DNA of 64,000 bases from Eledone cirrhosa. Its lineage: Eukaryota. Below the pieces are notes generated by a model. It had not been told where the DNA came from, ran no database searches, and saw only the letters and a program-made list of their open reading frames with translations. Position 1 is the stretch's first letter. Each line of letters opens with the position of its first letter. The translations under genes and the position numbers were made by a program. Shown here in pieces: positions 57,601 through 64,000 of the stretch. The stretch covers positions 16,120,001-16,184,000 of the forward strand of contig OZ024741.1 of assembly GCA_964016885.1 (NCBI GenBank), in the 5' to 3' direction.

Positions 57601-60600
57601 CCAACACCTCAACACCTTCCAACACCTTCCAACACCTTCCAACACCTCCAACACCTTCCAACACCTCCAACACCTTCCAACACCTCCCAACACCTTCCAA
57701 CACCTCCAACACCTTCCAACACCTTCCAACACCTCCAACACCTTCCAACACCTTCCAACACCTTCCAACACCTCCCAACACCTCCAACACCTTCCAACAC
57801 CTTCCAACACCTTCCAACACCTCCCAACACCTTCCCAACACCTTCCCAACACCTTCCAACACCTCCAACACCTCCCAACACCTTCCAACACCTCCCAACA
57901 CCTTCCAACACCTCCAACACCTTCCAACACCTTCCAACACCTTCCAACACCTTCCAACACCTTCCAACACCTCCCAACACCTTCCAACACCTTCCAACAC
58001 CTTCCAACACCTCCAACACCTTCCAACACCTCCCAACACCTTCCAACACCTTCCAACACCTTCCAACACCTTCCAACACCTCCCAACACCTTCCAACACC
58101 TTCCAACACCTTCCAACACCTTCCAACACCTTCCAACACCTTCCAACACCTTCCAACACCTTCCAACACCTCCAACACCTCCCAACACCTCCAACACCTT
58201 CCAACACCTCCCAACACCTTCCAACACCTTCCAACACCTTCCAACACCTTCCAACACCTTCCAACACCTCCCAACACCTTCCAACACCTCCAACACCTTC
58301 CAACACCTTCCAACACCTTCCAACACTTCCAACACCTTCCAACACCTCCCAACACCTTCCAACACCTTCCAACACCTCCCAACACCTTCCAACACCTTCC
58401 AACACCTCCAACACCTTCCAACACCTCCAACACCTTCCAACACCTCCCAACACCTTCCAACACCTCCAACACCTTCCAACACCTTCCAACACCTTCCAAC
58501 ACCTCCCAACACCTTCCAACACCTCCCAACACCTTCCCAACACCTCCCAACACCTCCAACACCTTCCAACACCTTCCAACACCTTCCAACACCTCCCAAC
58601 ACCTTCCAACACCTTCCAACACCTCCAACACCTTCCAACACCTCCAACACCTCCAACACCTTCCAACACCTTCCAACACCTCCCAACACCTTCCAACACC
58701 TTCCAACACCTTCCAACACCTCCAACACCTCCCAACACCTTCCCAACACCTTCCAACACCTTCCAACCCCTTCCAACACCTCCCAACACCTTCCAACACC
58801 TCCCAACACCTTCCAACACCTTCCAACACCTTCCAACACCTCCCAACACCTTCCAACACCTCCCAACACCTTCCAACACCTTCCAACACCTTCCAACACC
58901 TCCCAACACCTCCCAACACCTTCCAACACCTTCCAACACCTTCCAACACCTCCCAACACCTTCCAACCCCTCCCAACACCTCCCAACACCTTCCAACACC
59001 TCCCAACACCTCCAACACCTTCCAACACCTCCCAACACCTTCCAACACCTCCCAACACCTTCCAACACCTTCCAACACCTTCCAACACCTCCCAACACCT
59101 TCCAACACCTTCCAACACCTCCAACACCTTCCAACACCTTCCAACACCTTCCAACACCTCCCAACACCTTCCAACACCTTCCAACACCTTCCAACACCTT
59201 CCAACACCTCCCAACACCTTCCAACACCTTCCAACACCTTCCAACACCTCCAACACCTCCCAACACCTTCCAACACCTCCCAACACCTTCCAACACCTTC
59301 CAACACCTTCCAACACCTCCCAACACCTTCCAACACCTCCCAACACCTTCCAACACCTTCCAACACCTTCCAACACCTTCCAACACCTTCCAACACCTCC
59401 CAACACCTCCCAACACCTTCCAACACCTCCCAACACCTTCCAACACCTCCCAACACCTTCCAACACCTTCCAACACCTCCCAACACCTCCCAACACCTTC
59501 CAACACCTCCCAACACCTTCCAACACCTTCCCAACACCTTCCAACACCTCCCAACACCTCCCAACACCTTCCAACACCTTCCAACACCTCCCAACACCTC
59601 CCCAACACCCTTCCAACCCCTCCCAACACCTCCCAACACCTTCCAACACCTCCCAACACCTCCCAACACCTTCCAACACCTCCAACAACCTTCCAACACT
59701 CCCAACACCTTCCAACACCTTCCAACACCTCCCAACACCTCCCAACACCTTCCAACACCTTCCAACACCTTCCCAACACCTTCCAACACCTTCCAACACC
59801 TTCCAACACCTTCCCAACACCTTCCAACACCTTCCAACACCTCCCAACACCTTCCAACACCTTCCAACACCTCCCAACACCTTCCAACACCTCCCAACAC
59901 CTTCCAACACCTCCCAACACCTTCCAACACCTTCCAACACCTCCCAACACCTTCCAACACCTCCCAACACCTTCCAACACCTTCCAACACCTCCCAACAC
60001 CTTCCAACACCTTCCAACACCTCCCAACACCTTCCAACACCTCCCAACACCTTCCAACACCTTCCAACACCTTCCAACACCTTCCAACACCTCCAACACC
60101 TTCCAACACCTCCCAACACCTCCCAACACCTTCCAACACCTTCCAACACCTTCCAACACCTCCCAACACCTTCCAACACCTCCCAACACCTTCCAACACC
60201 TTCCAACACCTCCCAACACCTTCCAACACCTCCAACACCTCCCAACACCTTCCAACACCTCCCAACACCTTCCAACACCTTCCAACACCTTCCAACACCT
60301 CCCAACACCTTCCAACACCTTCCAACACCTCCCAACACCTTCCAACACCTCCCAACACCTTCCAACACCTTCCAACACCTTCCAACACCTCCCAACACCT
60401 TCCAACACCTTCCAACACCTCCAACACCTTCCAACACCTCCCAACACCTTCCAACACCTTCCAACACCTCCCAACACCTTCCAACACCTTCCAACACCTC
60501 CCAACACCTTCCAACACCTTCCAACACCTCCCAACACCTTCCAACACCTCCAACACCTTCCAACACCTTCCAACACCTCCCAACACCTTCCAACACCTTC

Positions 60601-63600
60601 CAACACCTCCAACACCTTCCAACACCTCCCAACACCTTCCAACACCTTCCAACACCTTCCAACACCTTCCAACACCTCCCAACACCTTCCAACACCTCCC
60701 AACACCTCCAACACCTCCAACACCTTCCAACACCTCCCAACACCTTCCAACACCTCCCAACACCTTCCAACACCTTCCAACACCTTCCAACACCTTCCAA
60801 CACCTCCCAACACCTTCCAACACCTCCCAACACCTCCCAACACCTTCCAACACCTTCCAACACCTCCCAACACCTCCCAACACCTCCCAACACCTTCCAA
60901 CACCTTCCAACACCTTCCAACACCTTCCAACACCTCCCAACACCTTCCAACACCTCCCAACACCTTCCAACACCTTCCAACACCTTCCAACACCTTCCAA
61001 CACCTCCAACACCTCCCAACACCTTCCAACACCTTCCAACACCTTCCAACACCTTCCAACACCTTCCAACACCTCCAACACCTTCCAACACCTTCCAACA
61101 CCTTCCAACACCTCCCAACACCTTCCAACACCTCCCAACACCTTCCAACACCTTCCAACACCTTCCAACACCTTCCAACACCTCCCAACACCTTCCAACA
61201 CCTCCCAACACCTTCCAACACCTCCAACACCTTCCAACACCTCCCAACACCTTCCAACACCTCCCAACACCTTCCAACACCTCCCAACACCTTCCAACAC
61301 CTCCCAACACCTTCCAACACCTCCCAACACCTTCCAACACCTTCCAACACCTTCCAACACCTTCCAACACCTTCCAACACCTCCCAACACCTTCCAACAC
61401 CTTCCAACACCTCCCAACACCTTCCAACACCTCCCAACACCTTCCAACACCTTCCAACACCTTCCAACACCTTCCAACACCTTCCAACACCTTCCAACAC
61501 CTCCCAACACCTTCCAACACCTTCCAACACCACCCAACACCTTCCAACACCTCCCAACACCTTCCAACACCTTCCAACCCCTCCCAACACCTTCCAACAC
61601 CTCCCAACACCTTCCAACACCTCCCAACACCTTCCAACACCTTCCAACACCTTCCAACACCTTCCAACACCTTCCAACACCTTCCAACACCTTCCAACAC
61701 CTCCCAACACCTTCCAACACCTCCCAACACCTTCCAACACCTTCCAACACCTCCCAACACCTTCCAACACCTCCCAACACCTTCCAACACCTTCCAACCC
61801 CTCCCAACACCTTCCAACACCTCCCAACACCTTCCAACACCTTCCAACACCTCCCAACACCTTCCAACACCTCCCAACACCTTCCAACACCTTCCAACCC
61901 CTCCCAACACCTTCCAACACCTCCCAACACCTTCCAACACCTTCCAACACCTCCCAACACCTTCCAACACCTCCCAACACCTTCCAACACCTTCCAACCC
62001 CTCCAACACCTTCCAACACCTCCCAACACCTTCCAACACCTTCCAACACCTCCAACACCTTCCAACACCTCCCAACACCTTCCAACACCTCCCAACACCT
62101 TCCAACACCTTCCAACACCTTCCAACACCTTCCAACACCTTCCAACACCTTCCAACACCTTCCAACACCTCCCAACACCTTCCAACACCTCCCAACACCT
62201 TCCAACACCTTCCAACACCTCCAACACCTTCCAACACCTCCCAACACCTTCCAACACCTTCCAACACCTTCCAACACCTTCCAACACCTCCCAACACCTT
62301 CCAACACCTCCCAACACCTTCCAACACCTTCCAACACCTTCCAACACCTTCCAACACCTCCCAACACCTTCCAACACCTTCCAACACCACCCAACACCTT
62401 CCAACACCTCCCAACACCTTCCAACACCTCCCAACACCTCCCAACACCTTCCAACACCACCCAACACCTTCCAACACCTCCCAACACCTTCCAACACCTC
62501 CCAACACCTCCAACACCTCCCAACACCTCCCAACACCTCCAACACCTCCCAACACCTCCCAACACCTTCCAACACCTCCCAACACCTTCCAACACCTTCC
62601 AACACCTTCCAACACCTTCCAACACCTTCCAACACCTCCCAACACCTTCCAACACCTCCCAACACCTTCCAACACCTTCCAACACCTTCCAACACCTTCC
62701 AACACCTTCCAACACCTCCCAACACCTTCCAACACCTTCCAACACCTTCCAACCCCTCCCAACACCTTCCAACACCTCCCAACACCTTCCAACACCTTCC
62801 AACACCTCCCAACACCTTCCAACACCTTCCAACACCTCCCAACACCTTCCAACACCTTCCAACACCTTCCAACCCCTCCCAACACCTTCCAACACCTCCC
62901 AACACCTTCCAACACCTTCCAACACCTTCCAACACCTCCCAACACCTCCCAACACCTTCCAACACCTCCCAACACCTTCCAACACCTTCCAACACCTCCC
63001 AACACCTTCCAACACCTCCCAACACCTCCCAACACCTTCCAACACCTTCCAACACCTCCCAACACCTTCCAACACCTTCCAACACCTCCCAACACCTTCC
63101 AACACCTCCCAACACCTCCCAACACCTTCCAACACCTTCCAACACCTCCCAACACCTCCCAACACCTCCCAACACCTTCCAACACCTCCCAACACCTTCC
63201 AACACCTTCCAACACCTCCCAACACCTTCCAACACCTTCCAACACCTCCCAACACCTTCCAACACCTTCCAACACCTCCCAACACCTTCCAACACCTTCC
63301 AACACCTCCCAACACCTTCCAACACCTCCCAACACCTCCCAACACCTCCCAACACCTTCCAACACCTTCCAACACCTCCAACACCTCCCAACACCTTCCA
63401 ACACCTCCCAACACCTTCCAACACCTTCCAACACCTCCCAACACCTTCCAACACCTCCCAACACCTCCCAACACCTTCCAACACCTTCCAACACCTCCCA
63501 ACACCTTCCAACACCTTCCAACACCTCCCAACACCTTCCAACACCTCCCAACACCTTCCAACACCTCCCAACACCTCCCAACACCTCCCAACACCTTCCA

Positions 63601-64000
63601 ACACCTTCCAACACCTCCAACACCTTCCAACACCTTCCAACACCTTCCAACACCTTCCAACACCTCCCAACACCTTCCAACACCTTCCAACACATTCCAA
63701 CACCTCCCAACACCTCCCAACACCTTCCAACACCTTCCAACACATTCCAACACCTCCCAACACCTTCCAACACCTTCCAACACCTTCCAACACCTCCCAA
63801 CACCTCCAACACCTCCCAACACCTCCAACACCTTCCAACACCTTCCAACACCTTCCAACACCTTCCAACACCTCCCAACACCTTCCAACACCTCCCAACA
63901 CCTCCCAACACCTTCCAACACCTTCCAACACCTTCCAACACCTCCCAACACCTCCCAACACATTCCAACACCTTCCAACACCTCCCAACACCTCCCAACA
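42663..64000. repeat. 10-bp satellite array (CCAACACCTT / CCAACACCTC, with 9- and 11-bp variants), more than 21 kb, open at the right edge
   Basis: Read directly; roughly 2100 units by length/10; degenerate left edge. Confidence 0.98.
55438..55637. other. Assembly gap (200 N)
   Basis: Run of N. Confidence 1.

Noticed and set aside
42688-63998. ORFs of 2000-3900 aa (VLEGVGRCWK repeats)
   Set aside because: The 10-bp unit has no stop codon in any minus-strand frame, so all three frames are open, and some ORFs run through the N gap. This is satellite, not a gene.

Overview
Eukaryotic, microsatellite-saturated DNA. The SINE/LINE content resembles an octopod cephalopod genome; that assignment is inference. 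No intact host gene can be supported. Bases 1-42.6 kb are a mosaic of retroelements sitting in (TA)n, (CA)n, (GATA)n and (AAT)n tracts. These include an L1/Tx1-type ORF1 with a CCHC knuckle at the left edge, a near-complete Penelope-like element (PLE; RT + GIY-YIG, one nonsense codon), several truncated PLEs with inverted pseudo-LTRs, a 5'-truncated R4/Dong-type RLE retrotransposon in (AAT)n, Tx1/L1 3' fragments, many tRNA-derived SINEs, two mariner remnants and three minisatellites. Bases 42.66-64 kb are one 10-bp satellite (CCAACACCTY) with a 200-N gap; its multi-thousand-aa ORFs are artefacts. The main hidden signal, invisible in the ORF track, is about 20 hammerhead-ribozyme-like motifs from about 10 repeat families between 2.5 and 32.9 kb. 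They include U3-A8 compensatory cores, a core with one extra nucleotide, long stem-II forms and palindromic stem III, and several show stem covariation between copies. All folds were read by eye and none was computed or tested.
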